Assembly: GCA_951406725.2 (NCBI GenBank)
Contig: OX597823.1
Span: forward strand, 50,654,001 to 50,718,000
Origin: Octopus vulgaris
Lineage: Eukaryota
Direction: 5' to 3'
Length of the DNA stretch: 64,000 nucleotides
Below, piece after piece: positions 1-14,491 of this stretch. The first letter of the stretch is position 1. Each line of letters starts with the position of its first letter. The notes under the pieces are model-generated. The model had not been told where the DNA came from, did not search any database, and worked only from the letters and a program-made list of their open reading frames with translations. The position numbers and the translations under genes are program-made.

Positions 1-484
1 TGTGTGTGGTGCGCGTGGGTGTAATCAATACATAAGAAAAATTGAAACTGACCTGAATTGTGATCATAAAAACAATGATTTTACTGACCAGTCTGTAATG
101 AGCAGACCATGTTTTCTGACATCTGGCTTGAAAGTACTTATTCAAAGTCATGGTGTGGGTGTAATGGAAAAGATTAACTGTTTACAAAGCTGCAAATCAT
201 TGTCATTCCATCAGGTTATCGAAAAGTGAATAAGACGAAAACCAATGAATGCTAGATTCATTAGTTGGTCGTTTCTTCCATTTACATTGTAAAATTAAGC
301 CAAAGCAAATAAGTATCGATCTACAGGAATTTCTTGAAGGTAAGAGATATCACCTATCGTGAGTTAACGTTTCTGTTATTTTTCAGATCTGTTTATCTAA
401 ACGAACAATATTCGATAAACGTTTAACGAATTATTAGGTCACTGTTGGAAAAATATCAGCCTGGCCGATTCCATTTCTGTAAAT

Positions 485-736
485 CTGTGGTTCTCAACTG
501 GGGCCCATATGGCCCTTGGGGGTTCATATAAAATTTTGTTCTTAAAGTTTACATGCAATAAACTGGTTATATTTCTACAATGTACAAAACAGTTAAACAG
601 TTTTAATACAATGTCTAATAAAATGTAATCATAAAAATATAATAGGAGTTTTTAGACAGCGAATGTCTCTGAGGGTCCTCTACGTGTAAAATGTGAACCA
701 AAGGGGTCAATAAGGAAAAATGGTTGAGAACCACTG
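485..736. mobile_element. hAT (Charlie/MER5-like) MITE
   Basis: TIRs CTGTGGTTCTCAAC / GTTGAGAACCACTG; flanking 8-mers ctgtaaat / ctctaaag match 6/8 (decayed TSD). Confidence 0.8.
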
Positions 737-1625
737 CTCTAAAGACTATTGAGCAATTGACTGCAGTCAGATATATCAGGTACCAAACAATGAAGGAAAT
801 TGATTGAACAAAGACACGAAACTATATCACAGACTATGATCCCTGGAAAAGTTACTTCAAATCTCAAACAACACTAGCTGTATCATCGCTCTATTTTTCT
901 TTCATTAATTTACACAATCAATGGACTATAATTTACCAATTTTCTTATTACATTTTGCAACTGCCATTACATTACTCTTTGGTGGAGATAGCGAAACTAT
1001 TTAGTCCGGTATACCGAATCTTCTTTAATAATCCCGTTATTGGATAGTCACATGTATATACATATTTTAGCTTCTATATCATTTTTTATAACATGATATC
1101 AAGTATTTTTAAAAATCGGATTCCATCGCGTCTTACCTAAAAACTATGGTGATTATCATTGTTAATGTATATGTAACGTTTCACTATCACCGCTCTTTAG
1201 TTTTGTATTATCATTGTATCACTGTATCCACTAGATTATCCGCTGATGTTATACACCACTTGTCACATTGTGCTTCCAAATTCTGTCCTGATTGCATTAT
1301 TCTTTTCTATCTTGACCCAAATTGCTTAACTAAATCGTATTCCCATCGTTGTAGAAGCCTTCTTTCCAAGTGGCCTTTTTCGATTTCTTGGATACCACTC
1401 GGCAAATTCATGAGTCCATCCGTTGTCTGTGAACCCTATGACATGTTCGGCCCAGCGGAACTTGAGCTTACAGTATTCTGCGATCACATAGTTCATTCTA
1501 CTCCGTTCTCGGATTATCTCACAGCGAATATATTCCTAGCATGGATCTTTCCACGGTCCTTTGCGTCGTATCTAATCGATGTTCTATGCTCTTCATATCA
1601 TAGTTATCATTCTTTACCTCATCTA

Positions 1626-1845
1626 AGACGGCGAGCTGGAGAATCATTGGCGCGCAGGCGGAAAATGCTTAACGGCATTCCATCCGTACTTACGTTCAGG
1701 TTTCAAATTCCGCCGAAGTCGACTTTACCTTTCATCCGTTCGTGGTTGATAAAATAAATACTAGTTGAATACTAGGATTGATGTAATCGACGTATACCCT
1801 TTCCCAATACTGCTGGCCTTGTGCCGATATTTGAAGCCATTATTT
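1626..1845 (+). mobile_element. tRNA-derived SINE family A (GGCGAGCTGGCAGAA head, CCTTTCATCC...GATAAAATAAGTAC core), diverged
   Basis: Collinear with the intact copy at 44478-44709; A/B-box-like head. Confidence 0.8.
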
Positions 1846-3622
1846 ATCTCATCTAGTTACCCTTTTCTTCTCCCTTAACCATGGCATACTAGAGATTAAT
1901 TCACTTGTTTATCCCATTATATATTACAATAACTTGTTCATTACTTACATTCCGCTGAGTTCTTGGGTTCATTATCATTACACATTAATTGTATCAATTG
2001 CCTACCGTCGAGAATTACGATGCAGTCATTCGATTTGCTTGACGCAGCAGTTAAACTTCCTTAAAATCATACCTTATAGTTTCAGAAAGGAAGGATACGT
2101 TTTATAATGTAGTTATAGAGCCGCTCATTATACGTAAATGAAAGGAGTCGGTGATCAAAGCATGAACGTCAATGAGGCTTCGTCTGGAGCTAAACAACAT
2201 CGTCAGTACACTTAATGTCTCTTTCAGTGAAGGCTTCTTGCCATCACACTAGTGGGTCTCAAATGTTTTGAGTTCGTGGCATATTGGAAACACACAAACA
2301 CACATCGAAACAGGAGACAGGAAAAAATCTTAAACGTGATTCATTTCTTAATAGGAGTTACAAGACTGTACATGTACTATTAACATGCAGCTTCCATTAC
2401 CTAATGAAACGTGTAAAGGTGAATAAATAATACCTGTTTTGTTATATATAATTGCGCTGCAAACGATATTTCCAGAATTTTCAACCCTTGTGAGTACCTT
2501 AAATAAATATGATATCTACATACGGAATTGAAATACTAGGATAAGCAGATCTACTTCAGGAGGACACAGCTTGGATGTTTAGCTATACCTACATTATATA
2601 TATACGTATATATATTTAATATTTTGGACTAATGGCTATATGTCGATTAGTGTGTTGAAGTATTTAGTAGAGCGCTGTCACAGTTTGGGCTTCCTGGTGT
2701 CATCTGTAGTTAGGGTGTCATTCCGTTGGATGTACTTCAGGAACTCTGCAGTGTTAGTTGAGATAGTTGCTCAGATTGCTTTCAATTTTGGTGTATCGAT
2801 GCAACTCTGAATTTTGAATACGATCAATCCAATTACTTTATCTCATAAATTAAAGAATCTGCTGTTATTTGGAATTAAAGTAGGAAAATTTGGGTAATTT
2901 TAGCAAATCAACAGACAGTAAGGCACTAACAGCTTGTTACCATGACAACAGCACGTTGTGCTGTGTTTCAATTCACCTGCATGTTGTGTTGTGTTGATTC
3001 TTCCTACCATGATATCTACTTTACCCGCGTGTTTTGTCTTGATACAAATTTATATTTATCAATTAAAATTTTATTATCGATATTTTTCGTCAATTGTCTC
3101 AATATTTTGCATATTTTTCATATATTGCAAAAGTTGTTTGCAATGTTTATAGTTTCTTCACATTATGAAGGTGAATGGAATATGTGAACTTAATACACAA
3201 CCGCACACCTACACTTTAAGCACAGCACTGACAAAGCATCGGTGACTCATTGACTCAGTATTGCCAAGCTTCAGCGACTCATTGACTCAGATAGCTGAAT
3301 TTATGATTTCACAAGGTTAATTCTATTCATAAACATTTAAATTAGGAGTATTTCTTAAACCGCTAACTTCATATTTCATCAGCTTCACTGAAATTTAGCC
3401 CACGTAACAGGAACTAAGAGGGATACCGTGGAACAGAGAAACTGTGGATGATACAGGTAATTTAACAATATTTTTGAATTCCACATGCAAAAACATATAA
3501 GATAGAGGCATTCTTATTCTTGGGACAAATTCTTTGTTGACCAATGTTATTTTTATCGTAGTTTACAAATTCAAGAATAAAAACGTTACTCAACTTTGTA
3601 GTTTTGGAGACAGACGCCTCCT

Positions 3623-3625
<3 letters not shown>

Positions 3626-3698
<73 letters not shown>

Positions 3699-3708
3699 GC
3701 ACACACAC
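3626..3708. repeat. (CA)n microsatellite
   Basis: Direct observation. Confidence 0.97.
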
Positions 3709-4413
3709 ATGTATGGATGCATAAATATACATATAAACTTATATATGAATACATACATCCACATACACTTATATATTAATGATGTACACAAAGACATGAC
3801 AGATATGCCTTATACAGAAATACGCATAGAGTAAACACATGCAGACAAACATATCAATACAACAAATTAGAAAAAATAATTAAAAATGCAAAACACTAGA
3901 GAAATCAAGGAAGAGACAAAAGAAACATGTTGATTTTATTAGGCATTATTTAGAAACCTACAATGAACAGGTCATTTCACAGACGCTAAACTATAAATTT
4001 CACAGGGTACAACCCTAAAGTTGACACCGATAAACGCAGAAAATTTCTGTTTCACTATTGGCTAAAAATACGCAGGTTTTTTTTTAAGCTTCTGTAACCT
4101 TTCCCTCCAATGTTGATGAAGACTTCGCCTAGCAAATTATTTATTTGCTAAAATATGTCAGAAACCATGGTCCAGGAGATAGATGGAAAACCTTTTTTAT
4201 TTTTCATTCCCTTCGAAGTTTTACCCCTAATAGCGGTTTGGACTTTGGCTGTTCCTTCTAGCGTGCCAGGAATCCTATGACGGATACCTCTTATGTGTTT
4301 AAATGTACACTGTGTTTATAGGAATAATATATAGTGTATTGACTAATTTTTCTACACGCTAGGCCACTAGTAATAAAAATTTCTAAAATCTTTATTACCC
4401 TGATATTATTTAT

Positions 4414-4444
<31 letters not shown>

Positions 4445-5229
4445 GCATATATCCAAACACACACACACACACACATACACACACATATATATACTCACAC
4501 ATACATGCGCGACCCACATACATGCACATACCTGCGCGTACGCATACACGCACTAACCCCCCTACACACAGACACACATGTGTACGTATATCTACACAGG
4601 CACACATGCACACATATACATACAAATTCCAGCATCCCGTTTACATCTATACATCTCTGCTGCCTCGTTAGTTTTTCGAGTAGTAACTATTTGTTGACAT
4701 ATTTTATTAGTATACAGCTGCATTGTATGGTTACATATCTGAACATATATAAACATCAATATCTGTACACAAGTGTAAAGATATAGAAAGGCGTATTTTT
4801 GCCTCTTTAGATAATTCATCCATTACGTTAATTCAGAGGCTATGCTCCAGTATCTTTTAGTTTTTGCATATTTTAGTGAGTCACAGTTGCGCTCCAAATG
4901 TATCATGTAGGAACATTTATAAATATAACTGTGTCTGAGCATAATCAACGCAGTAAAGCAATTTTTTTGTCTCTTCAGTTAACCAGTCTATTACGTATTT
5001 TGAAAAAGGCTATACTCTAGTTACTTACTGTTGCATTCTGCAAGTGTCCTATACGAACATACCTAAATACATGTAGCGTTCACATCTGATCCTTCCTTAG
5101 TATAAGCTCCATGGTTGCAGTTCATGATGTTTTCACTCAGTGGTGGTAGGATGGAGGTGGTAATCCGAGTTGTCTGGATTATAGTTTATATCGGTTAGGT
5201 GCAGTTTGCATTGTTCTGGGTGAACATGT

Positions 5230-5945
5230 GTCTAGTCGTATGCATGCGTCTGGGCAGTCGTTCAGGAAATCAGTCTACTTATAATCCGCTCTTTAAGTCA
5301 ACAATATTGAAAGCGATTCCTCGGAACATGGCTGGAATTTCCGGGATAGTGTGTTATAAGGACTCACGTGTCAATTTATCGATCAGGTCAGGTCATTCTT
5401 TACCTTCTCTTCCTTGAGTCGCCAAACGAAATTGGTCAATGATGTTGCGTGCCGTTTAAGGATTTTTCGGAAACTAGCGATGTCGTTTCTATATCTGATT
5501 TTGAAAATATCATCCAATGCACCGATATATACGTACGGATCTCTTCTAGTATTTACGGTGCACTTGTACACCACATTTCGGGTCTTTCATTGGTTACTCA
5601 GAGGACATTTTGAACGGTCCCTGCATGAGCATTGTCAGTCCTTTTGTTTGCTTGTGTACAGCCGGTACCCGTCCGTTCGTCTATTTACATCCGTGCTCGT
5701 GGCTACCCTATTATTATTTTTTATTATTTCTGAGTGTCTTTGTGTTGTTTTTAGTTGTTGTGGCTACGATGTGTTGGTTAGCTAGCAAAGTTGTTGCAGT
5801 TGTTTTTTTCTCTGTTGGTTAGTGTTATTCTTCGGGTCATTGTTCCTGTGATGCGTTATGTGGTTGATATTTGCACTCGATGTACCTCATGAGACCCAAA
5901 CTGTAAAATGAATCCCACCTATAAGGGATGGATCAAAACGACCAT
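5230..5945 (-). pseudogene. Penelope-like element GIY-YIG endonuclease relic (Naiad-like C-terminus)
   Basis: Minus strand reads CSCRDRSKCPLSNQ*KTRNVVYKCTVNTRRDPYVYIGALDDIFKIRYRNDIASF...TSLTNFVWRLKE...SPYNTLSRKFQPCSEE...FLNDCP, with several stops. Confidence 0.8.
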
Positions 5946-5993
5946 TGTACAAAATAAAGATTAATACCAAATCCACCTTCTCGTTACATAAGA

Positions 5994-6118
<125 letters not shown>

Positions 6119-6420
6119 GTGTGTTCGTGTGTGTGTGTGAAATGACTGTCAGACTTGGTATAGAAATTTAAAAAGAATTTTCTTCTTTTTGAAATGTAGA
6201 AATTAGTAAAGGATTGCTTTGTTAGATAAATCATATTTTTATATAACAAAATTACCAATACCACGATCTTCCTTTTCAAGTTGACCAAACCTTAGTTTGA
6301 ATTTTCTAACACGTTAGATTATTATACGTTTCAAGATCGGCAACGCCTCTCGATACCACTTGTAGCGATACCACTTTTGAGAACCTTTAACAGATGCTAA
6401 CTAATTGAAAGTTACCCATT

Positions 6421-6944
6421 ACTGATTAAAAAAATATCGGGACTGGTGCTATAAAAAGAAAACTACAACACATACCTTATTCGGCATTTAATCTCCTTCG
6501 ATGTAGTCCTCTTCTGAAGCTACACCATGTATCTAGTGTCGTTTCCACTGATGGAAGCATTCCTGGAACTCCTTTTTTGGGGAGAGCGAGCAGCTGCCTC
6601 GTTGCATTCTCTTGGATTTTATCGATGTCTCGAAATCTTGTTCCGTTCAATTTGGATTTGATTTTAGCCATAGACCCATGGTTCGTCACCTGTTATGACA
6701 GGTTTCGTCCTTCTCAACACAATCAAGGAGATACTGCGCAGCTGAAAACCGATCATCTTTCTGAGATGCCCACCTCTACACACTTTACTTTCAAGCACTG
6801 TTATAAACAACGGAAGCGAGCAAAGACGCTTTTAGTGTGTATATGCGACAGAGCTCAAGGTCAGTCTATGCCAAACAACTTCACTCTACGTACTTTAGCC
6901 CTATTGCCATAACAACTGTCTCGATACTTTTTGATCAGACCTCG
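6421..6944 (-). mobile_element. Internally deleted mariner derivative, related to 57978-59143
   Basis: Ends CTGATTAAAAAAATATCGGGACTGGTGCTATA / ...GATACTTTTTGATCAGACCTCG|TA; minus ORF SKLNGTRFRDIDKIQENATRQL is mariner C-terminal. Confidence 0.8.
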
Positions 6945-7094
6945 TATATTTAAAACAAGTATATATGTCATAGTAAAATATATGGCGTTTGGAATATGTT
7001 TTCTCAGATAAAAATACATTGGATATTTGTCAAAGATTGTACAATAGAATTTGTTTGCTTTTGTCTATTATTTATATTTATTTCAATTATGATC

Positions 7095-7250
7095 CTACAA
7101 CCATACTGGGGCGCCGCCTTGAAGAATATTCAGCGAAGGAGTCGAACCGAGTATTTATATTTAAAAAAATCTGGTGCTTGTTCAAGCGTTCTCTTTTGCT
7201 GAACCGCTAGTATCGGAGACAAACGCACCAAGTGGTTGCGGGGGACAAAT

Positions 7251-7314
<64 letters not shown>

Positions 7315-7405
7315 TTATAGAAGGCACTTGCCGAAGGTGTGATGCAGTGGGACTGAACCCGTATAAATGTGACTGAGACGCAAATTTCTTACCACACAGC
7401 CCCAC
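7095..7405 (-). mobile_element. SINE family B (CORE-like, internal microsatellite), decayed
   Basis: Matches 43201-43600 around its (CA)n tract. Confidence 0.75.
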
Positions 7406-7581
7406 TTTGCTGAAAGAATCTGTTAATAGAATCTGTTTACTAGTAGAAGTTCTTAACAATCTTTGTTATATAAGACTGAAATTAATGCATTCCTTATTCC
7501 ATTTCTAGTCGTAGAAGCCTTATATAACTATTCAACACGAGACAGTCTAAGTATATCAAAGTGCTATAAACATTTCTTATC

Positions 7582-7878
7582 ATTGATCATGTGATCGGGA
7601 AGACTATCGGATTTGTTATACATCTCCGGTCACAATGCACTTTGCATCGTTTTAGCTTTCGAAAGATGCCACCCCGCTGGCAAGGCGATAAGGCCAACAT
7701 GCCCCTTGATCGGAAGGGTATTCCGTTGCAGCGCTACCCGTTTACAGCTGACTGAACTGGAGTAACGTAAAATCTAGTATTTTTTGCTTGAGAACACAAT
7801 GCACCGCTTGTTCCGTGAATCGAACCATCGATCGGTTGAGCGTGAGTGCAACACCTTAACCAATAAGCCACGCACCTT
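7582..7878 (-). mobile_element. tRNA-derived SINE family C
   Basis: Minus head GGTGCGTGGCTTATTGGTTAAGG...GGTTCGATT; same family as 14811-14940. Confidence 0.7.
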
Positions 7879-8830
7879 TGCATAAACATTACATATACTT
7901 TCACAAATTGAAAATCTGTTCAGGAGAAATCATTTTGAAAATAAGCAATTGTGAGTCTTGCCAGTAATGTTTTCTAATAATTATGACAGGGAAATCTTTA
8001 TTTCTTCGCGGATTTCTTTGACAAAAGTAATTGCTTTGATGTTTGTTCTGCACACGGAAATTGCTTTGATTCCTCTGTCAGTCAGCTACTTTGCGCTGAT
8101 GTAGTGTTAGCTGCTTCTTACTGGTTGATGTGGTTGTTAACACCTCCTTACTTGTCACTACGAGGGGTAAACTGATGCAGGCGACCATGTGGAAACAGTT
8201 CTGTGCAGCTAAGAACATGCTGCTTAATACATATAGAACACCAACAATGTCAGATGCAGCACTCTCGTCACATACATAATCTTGTATCTTTCTGCCTTTT
8301 GTGAAATTCACCGGTTGGCATATCAAGCACGTAGCATTTATGGTTGAATACTCAGGCTGAAAGCAAGCTACCAGTGAACGGTTTATAGAGTACATATGAA
8401 GTAAAATAAAAATGACTTAGTGGGAACTAATTCGATGCGTTTCATCTTGCTTAAGTTGACCATTGCAATCAATTTAACTCATGAGTTACTGCCAACTCTT
8501 CTGCTTCTGTTCTTCTCCCACCCCCCGTGACTATAATCGTTAGTTCAGACTCAAAACAACTGACTATAGCACCGCGTCTTGTCAGCTTTAATAACCATGA
8601 CTTGATTAGTAAATTTTAATGTATCTGTTTCCTGATCATGCAACCTTCCAGTAGTGATATTAAACGAAAGATAGCAAAATATATAATGATAAATGCAAAT
8701 GAAGTGTATACAGTACATTAGGTAGCAAAGTTAGACAAACACAAATCAGACTTACTCAGAACATGCATAAAAAGAGCATTAATTTATATGAAATAGATAA
8801 TAGTATTACGCAAATTGGATACAAAGATGC

Positions 8831-9200
8831 TGTTGGCACTCCGTCGGTTACGACGATGACGGTTCCAGTTGATTCGATCAACGGAACAGCTCGTGACATT
8901 AACATGCAAGTGGCTGAGCACTCCACAGACACGTGTACCCTTAACGTAGTTCTAAGGGAGATTCAGCGTGACACAGAGGGCGGTCCTTTGAAATACAGGT
9001 ACAACAGAAACAGCAAGAAAGAGCGAAAGAAAGCTGTGGTGAAAGAGTACAGCAAGGCTCGCCACCATCCCCTGCCGGAACCTCGTGGAACTTTAGGTGT
9101 TTTCGCTCAATAAACACTCACAACGCCCGGTCTGGGAATAGAAACCACGATCCTACGACCGCGAGCCCGCTGCCCTAACCACTGGGCTATTGCGTCTCCT
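8831..9200 (-). mobile_element. tRNA-derived SINE family D
   Basis: Minus head GGAGACGCAATAGCCCAGTGGTTAGGGCAGCG...GGTTTCTATTCCC (A/B boxes), body ends CGTAACCGACGGAGTGCCAACA. Confidence 0.75.
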
Positions 9201-9429
9201 CAAAGATATCGATTTTTTATTTATGGATAAAGGAATTAAAACTGAATGACGTTGCTAAAAGCCCTTAAAAATTCAAAGTGAGCTATTTTTAAGAGAGTTA
9301 AACTAACTCATTGACGTGGGTCAATCGCTACGCCACAGCATTACCAATACTGCTTGATCTCTTTAGGACCATCTGGGAGAATCACATCATTCCATATAAC
9401 TAATAGAAGAGCATCTCTAGAAAAATAAC

Positions 9430-9990
9430 AGACAGAATCTTTGACAATTAGCGTGGTATCGTATTCCTTCCTGTCTCTAGCAAAGTTTTCCGGAAAGTTC
9501 TTCTCGAACGGATTGAATTAACAATAGGGGCTGAAGAATGGTAGAATATATATCATGCTTTGAGTGGATTATCTTATTGTACGTAAATCCCACAGACGTT
9601 AGAAAGGCTTTTAACAACAGTACGTAGCTTAGCTAGGGATGAGGGCGGTCCTCTTCGAGTGACACTCATATGGAAGAGACACTTTTGGGTCGGCTGTATA
9701 AGCTTTGACCCAGGGATGATAAACTCAAGGCTGCACTAGGTAGCACACAGCTACGCCACACAGTGCAGAGGGAGACCCTCTGGAAAATTTTGAAATCCTC
9801 TGAAATTCTTTAGAGTTACGGGATTCTTATAGCCATATCCAATTCGAATGTTCTATGATCATTGGTACTGTGTGTTTGGCTTACATTGAAATCTGCTTTA
9901 TGAGAGGGTCATATCAACTGAAATGCCCTCTTCCTAGTTATCAACTCGATCGTGTGTAAGACAACATTAAGACATCCGAAATATCTTCCT
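9430..9990 (+). pseudogene. Degenerate RTE-like LINE reverse-transcriptase fragment
   Basis: 9443 onward reads DN*RGIVFLPVSSKVFRKVLLERI (NWRGI-type RT N-terminal motif); the rest is heavily decayed, so boundaries are approximate. Confidence 0.55.
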
Positions 9991-10040
9991 TCCAACTGTC
10001 TTACACCATTCGTAACTCTTACTTAGAATGAATTTTCAAA

Positions 10041-10240
10041 GGCATAGGCGTGGCTGCGCGGAAAGAAGTTTGCTTCCGAACCATATAATTCTAGGTTCAG
10101 TCCGACTGCGACTCGGTGAAGGAGACCGGTAGAATAAGTACCAGATTTAATAATAAGTACTGGGATCATTCGTTCGAGTAAATTTTCTTCAAAGTAGTGC
10201 TCTAACATGGCCGCAGTCTAATGACTGTAACCAGTAAAGA
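10041..10240 (+). mobile_element. SINE family B, internally deleted
   Basis: Head GGCGTGGCTGCGCGG joined to tail CATGGCCGCAGTCTAATGACTG. Confidence 0.7.
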
Positions 10241-11899
10241 GGAAATATAGAACTTAAAAAGCAATGCTTTTTGACCCTTCTAAGGCAAATGTAGAAAAGT
10301 TAAAAAAGAACTTTGCAAATATAGCTCTGTTAGTTATTCGCAATTGCAGTATATGTAAAATTTTCTGTATTGGTCACCGAAGTTGTGAAGAATTGTTTGA
10401 TTATAATTCATTTGAGCTGTGAAACATACGGTTTTGTTTAAAGATCCAAACTCAATAACCATTTTGGAACCATCTAACCATGAAGCTTTGAGCGTAGAGA
10501 TAGGATTCTTGCGTTAAACAAAAAGGAAGAGTTATTACCAAACTATTGTCGTTGACGATATTTGGGGATTTTTAACATTCCAAGCGAGAATTGTCTTCTG
10601 TAATAAATCTTTAATTTATAGAAGATATTGTATTTTATTGAGACCAAAGTCCTTCTATATTTTATTGTGATAAAGCTCAACTCAGTCTAATGAGTGAAAT
10701 AAAGAAGTGTCAAGTTCAAAATAAATTTTCATTAATCTATTCGCCAGTTGGTGCTTGCCTATTTTCTTTGAGTTACGTTACAGTGCCATCCCAATTCTAA
10801 ATTTATGCCTCCAAATTCCCTTTAGTTGCTAGGATACTCTAAAACTAGGCTATCCATCGATGGGATAAATGACAATCTCCTCAACCGGATTAAAGGAAAT
10901 ATTCATTACATGAAAACAACTTGTCGGTAATAAGGGCCTTATGTTAATGTGGATATAAATATGTTGGATTCTGGTCTATATTTAGTCTTTTCCATGTGTT
11001 ATCGTATACATCTAACAACTAGAATCTGAAGTAGAGATGAATATTTCTGCTATTCTCTGGATTTTTGTTATCGGTCTCCTTATCTCTCTGTTGTAGTTTC
11101 TGACACTATTATCTGATACTGTATTTTTAGCAATTTCTTCTGACTGTTATTAAATAAAGGAAGCAAACCTTCGGTTAGAAGAACTCAGTGAAAATCTGCA
11201 AGTGTAATTATATCTGATTGTATATCTAATACTTTCCAGCTTTGCTTCTAATTTTGGTTAATAAATTAATTCTGATTTTTCATCTGTTTGAATCTATTCT
11301 GGTAGTTCATTGATTATTTCCGATTTTCATGCATTTTATTTCACTAAATCTATTCTTCCAGCATGTTTGTAACAAATGTTTATAACAATATAACTCTCTT
11401 TGTTGAAGGATGTCCGAACGATTTGAATCTGAGCTCAAACTAACCTGGTCTATTTCTAAGATTTGCACCAAACATAACTGTAGAATAGATAAAAGAAATG
11501 GATTATTGCAGATCATCTTCTTTCAACGTCTTTCTATCGAGTATCAAACAATTATTACACTTGTAATAGAGTCTAGCTTTTGTTGAATACTGTACTCTTT
11601 CAGAGTTGTTAATGTCGACTAATTAACAACTATGCTATCTTGCTGATGCAAACCTTCAACGGTGATATATTTGACATTGCCAACCTTTCGCCGAATCTTC
11701 AAGTCTTTAGGTTAGTATTTAGTAGTTGATCTGCTTCTTCATTCAGTCACATTGCTACATATCTAGTTGGTTTATTGCTTTTCTGAAGCTATTTATTGCA
11801 TATGGCAAGATAGTTTGTGTCACTAAATTCTTGTAATCTCGCTTTCTCATTCTTCATCATTCTTTGACATTAACTACCATACGTAGCTGGAGTAACTTA

Positions 11900-12330
11900 T
11901 CCACTGCTTTCCTTCGTAGCCGTTTCCAACCCAACACATAGTGCTAAGTTATTTCTATGGCGATGAAGTCTTAAACAACGTGTCATACAACTGACCACAC
12001 AAACTAGGCATTCTGCCAGAAAAATAATAGATAATTTTTTTTCCACTTCAGTTGGAGCTTGACCATTTATTTATATCGAATTTTCCTTAATATTATTTAT
12101 TTTCTCCTGGAATTTGATCGAAATTTATTAAAAAGGCAGAAGAAAAGCAACTATATTCGAAGATAAGGCTTGTTATTTATCCCCCGCCACGTGAATTTCT
12201 TATATTGTGTTATTCTTTGGGAAATAAATATTGAATATATTAGGTCTATTTTGGACGCCTTCGGTGAACAAAATTGTATAAAACTTCATCAGTGGCACCA
12301 TATTTCCTGAAGCTTTGCCAGAAGTCATTG
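11900..12330 (-). pseudogene. Possible highly decayed LINE RT fragment
   Basis: Minus strand gives GKASG, then FPK, then TWRGI in the expected order; the extent is uncertain. Confidence 0.35.
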
Positions 12331-13185
12331 GTTCTTCTTTAGAATATTCAATTCTCGTCTTCAAATTGGTTATTTATGATTTGAATTTTTCCAGGCGAAG
12401 CCTAGAAATCTACAAGTTCATACTACGCTCATAATTCGTTGCTTTTCAAAATATTCTCTCCGATTCGCGCTTTGTACATAGCTCTATAGTGTACGTGTGT
12501 GTGTGTTTGTGTCTATATGGGTATATATATATGTGTGTGTGTGTGTGTATTTGGAATTAAGAGGCAATCAAATATATTAAGTTTCGTTTAAATCTTCTGT
12601 TTATCTGTTTCTTTAATTTTCTCTCTTTTTGATCTTATTTTTACATTTCCATAGTCCTCTTTTCTTCTTCTTCTTCCATACAAACATACACACATAATTT
12701 TTTTTCTTTCTCACTTACATATACACACTCTCTGAAATACAAACACAAACAATCACAATCATACATAGATGCAAAGCAATGCATTTCTTTCCCTTTCTTT
12801 CTCTCGCACACTTTCTCTTATCTCACCTTCTCTCTTTCGCTCTTTCGTTCATATTATTTTCTTTCTCTTTAATGTTTTACAGTCAGATTGTCTTTAAAAC
12901 TTCTTTTGCTTTTTCTGTCATCATAATCTTTCTCATATTCTTTCTCTGTTCTTTCTTCCACAGACACACTTTAACTCTCTCTCTCTCTCTCTCTCTGTTT
13001 CTCTATCTCTTTTGTCTTTTTTCTCTCCCACTGATTCTTTCCATCCTCCTTCTTTTCAGTTCATCTCTTTCAATCTGCTGCCTCTCTCTGTGCACCTCTC
13101 CCACTTTCTTCCCTTCTCTTAAACCTTCTTTCTGTCTTACTCTACTCTGCTTTTCTCTTTTTTATATAAATTCCTACCCATCTCA

Positions 13186-13225
<40 letters not shown>

Positions 13226-13964
13226 ATCTCTCTCTCTCAACCCTACTTTCACTTTCACTCTTCACTTCTTTTTATTCTTACTGTTATCACTAGTCCTAAA
13301 CATTTTTGCAAAGCTCGGCTTCTGTGATGTGTGATAAATTCTGTTTTGTATGAAGGCAAAATTCCTCAATGAAATCCATCCCACTCACAGTTTCGACGTC
13401 TTTTGAGAACGCTGCTCTTGTTTTAAGTCTTTAAGCCGTTAATGCGACAAAAGCGGATAAAAATATTCCATAATTTACTGCAACATACACATACACATAC
13501 AAATACACACACATACACATACACACACATACATATACATACACATATATGTACACACACAAACGTATGTATGCACAAATGTAAAAGAACAAAAAATAAA
13601 CTAAAAGATAAAGACAAATATAAACAATATGACTAATCCAAAATTTGCTGAATGAAAGAAATTGTAAGTTGATTATTACTTTAATACTATCAAGTATTGT
13701 CTGAAAAGAAATGGTTATTCTGTATTAGAAGATGTTATAAAACATTAAAGTTGTAACCTGGATTACTATTTTTCTTCTCCGATTTGGGCTTCTCTGAAGA
13801 TCACATCGGTGTTTTTGTAAAGAGGTTTTTATCACTTTTATCTCGATCTCAATCAATTTTCTTCTGTTCAGAAAAATCGATAAATTATTGATGGTAGAAT
13901 AAGTTAGAAATCCGGAAGAAGGAAAAAACAAAAAAAAATATATATAAAAGAAAAAAAACACAAT

Positions 13965-14432
13965 CCAAAATGCCTTGTTATGTTTAGTTACCTGCTTTTA
14001 CGTTCTGGGTTCAAATCTCCTTGCTGTTCATGTATTTCATCCTTCGTTACCGCGCCGAGCAAAATGCTTAACGGCATTTCGTCTGTCCTTACGGTCTGAG
14101 TTCAAATTCCGCTGGAATCGACTTTGCCTTTCATCCATTAGGGTCGATAAAATAGGCACCACTTGAGCACTGGGGGTCGATGCTATTGACTATTCCCCTC
14201 CCAAAATTTCAGGCCTTGTACCTATTGTAGAAAGGATCGTGCCTATGCAGGGCGAAATACTTAGCCGCCATTTCGTCTGTTTACAAGTTCTGAGTTCAAA
14301 TTCCGCCGAGGTCAACTTTGCCTTTCATCCTTTCGGGATTGATAAATTAAGTACCAGTGAAACACTGGGGTCGATGTAATCGACTAGTCCCCTCCCACCA
14401 AATTTCAGGCATTGTGCCTGTAGTAGAAAGGT
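13965..14432 (+). mobile_element. Head-to-tail cluster of three SINE A copies/fragments
   Basis: TTCAAAT...TTTCATCC block recurs at ~14010, 14101 and 14295. Confidence 0.8.
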
Positions 14433-14455
14433 TTATTATTATTATTATTATTATT

Positions 14456-14491
<36 letters not shown>

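Noticed and set aside
1146-1757. 203-aa ORF
   Set aside because: No recognisable motif; runs into a SINE.
4960-4985. CTGAAGAG downstream of the PLE relic (possible pLTR hammerhead)
   Set aside because: No GAAA or stem III can be found; too decayed to call.
8078-8395. Possible coding exon (TTTCAG acceptor-like site on minus strand)
   Set aside because: No recognisable protein similarity or convincing exon chain; needs RNA-seq.
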